Shown here: one piece after another, positions 63,445-64,000 of the stretch
Position numbering within the stretch: the stretch's first letter is position 1
How the letters are laid out: every line of letters starts with the position of its first letter
NCBI RefSeq assembly: GCF_018977255.1
Contig: NW_024704742.1
Span: 47,742,001 to 47,806,000, forward strand
DNA: 64,000 nt
Direction: 5' to 3'
Origin: Callorhinchus milii
Taxonomy: Eukaryota
Position numbers and translations under genes: made by a program
Notes under the pieces: model-generated
What the model saw: the letters and a program-made list of their open reading frames with translations, nothing else
What the model was told of the DNA's origin: nothing
Database searches by the model: none

Positions 63445-63609
63445 ATCCCCTTCCCCTCTTTTAGATCACGCCTGAAGACCTTCCCCTTCGACCGTGCTTA
63501 CAGTCACCTCCTCCCTACACCGGGCTCGGTATCAGGCTCCGCCACTGTTAAGTGCTCTAAGACACTGCCCCGCGTGAAGGGCGCTGTATAGATGCAAGTT
63601 GTTGTTGTT
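63445..63609 (+). mobile_element. L2 3' fragment
   Basis: L2 3' end and (GTT)n tail. Confidence 0.8.
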
Positions 63610-63804
63610 ACGAATAGATTATGTATTAATCTCAGTCACTCGCAGCGTGTGTGTGGCTGAGATTCGTCGTTAATGATCTACAACGTGTGATATAGATGTG
63701 TTCTCCAGTTATATCATCCTGGAGACTTTGCAGGTGATGAATTGTGACACACTTCTCTATCCCCAGTGCTATTGGAGTAGCAATGTTTGAGCAGCCCATG
63801 GTTT

Positions 63805-63880
63805 GATCTCCAGTTTGTGTTAATGATTGACAGAGAATATTTCAACCACAAAGTGAGTGATAAATCCAGTCCAGCAGTTA
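63805..63880 (+). promoter_or_regulatory. Probable KLB (beta-klotho) core promoter / 5' UTR
   Basis: HNF1 site GTTAATGATTGAC 63819-63831, TGATAA 63858-63863, CAGTCCAGCAGTT 63867-63879; resembles the human KLB 5' end as recalled; WDR19-RFC1-KLB synteny. Confidence 0.6.
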
Positions 63881-63976
63881 GTTCACTTGGGAATGGAGGT
63901 GGACTGGGCTGCAGTGATGTCTCTGTACTGATGAGCTGAGCTGCCTTGAATCGGTTTTGTGGTTTAGGTTCACACA

Positions 63977-64000
63977 ATGACTGAGAGACTTGTAATCCTC
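63977..64000 (+). CDS. KLB: Possible first codons of beta-klotho (runs off window)
   Basis: acaATG then MTERLVIL, open to the window end and signal-peptide-like; only 8 codons visible. Confidence 0.35.

Overview
Vertebrate nuclear DNA, most likely a cartilaginous fish (the repeats look holocephalan/shark-like; this is an inference). The window holds the syntenic block WDR19(+) / RFC1(-) / probable KLB(+). It contains the last six coding exons of WDR19/IFT144 (28-6023, +) and the complete 25-exon RFC1 gene on the minus strand. The RFC1 ATG is at 56620-56622 and the stop at 9830-9832; the hand-spliced CDS is 3462 nt (1153 aa), with all junctions GT-AG and phase-consistent. A CpG-island RFC1 promoter carries three unusual tandem arrays. 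At the far right is what appears to be the HNF1/GATA promoter and first codons of beta-klotho. Introns are full of a young tRNA-derived SINE, its L2-clade partner LINE, CR1 fragments, and older Deu-SINE and LF-SINE-like relics. The most notable non-routine observations are a three-part templated patchwork insertion in RFC1 intron 18, a CCAAT/TATA promoter-like module in intron 4, a 52-bp-arm hairpin in intron 1, a snap-back junction at a SINE 5' end, and palindromic CCAAT and X-box-half-site arrays at the promoter. I found no prokaryotic system, CRISPR array or genuine tRNA/rRNA gene. Repeat family names and similarities to human sequences come from recall, not from searches.
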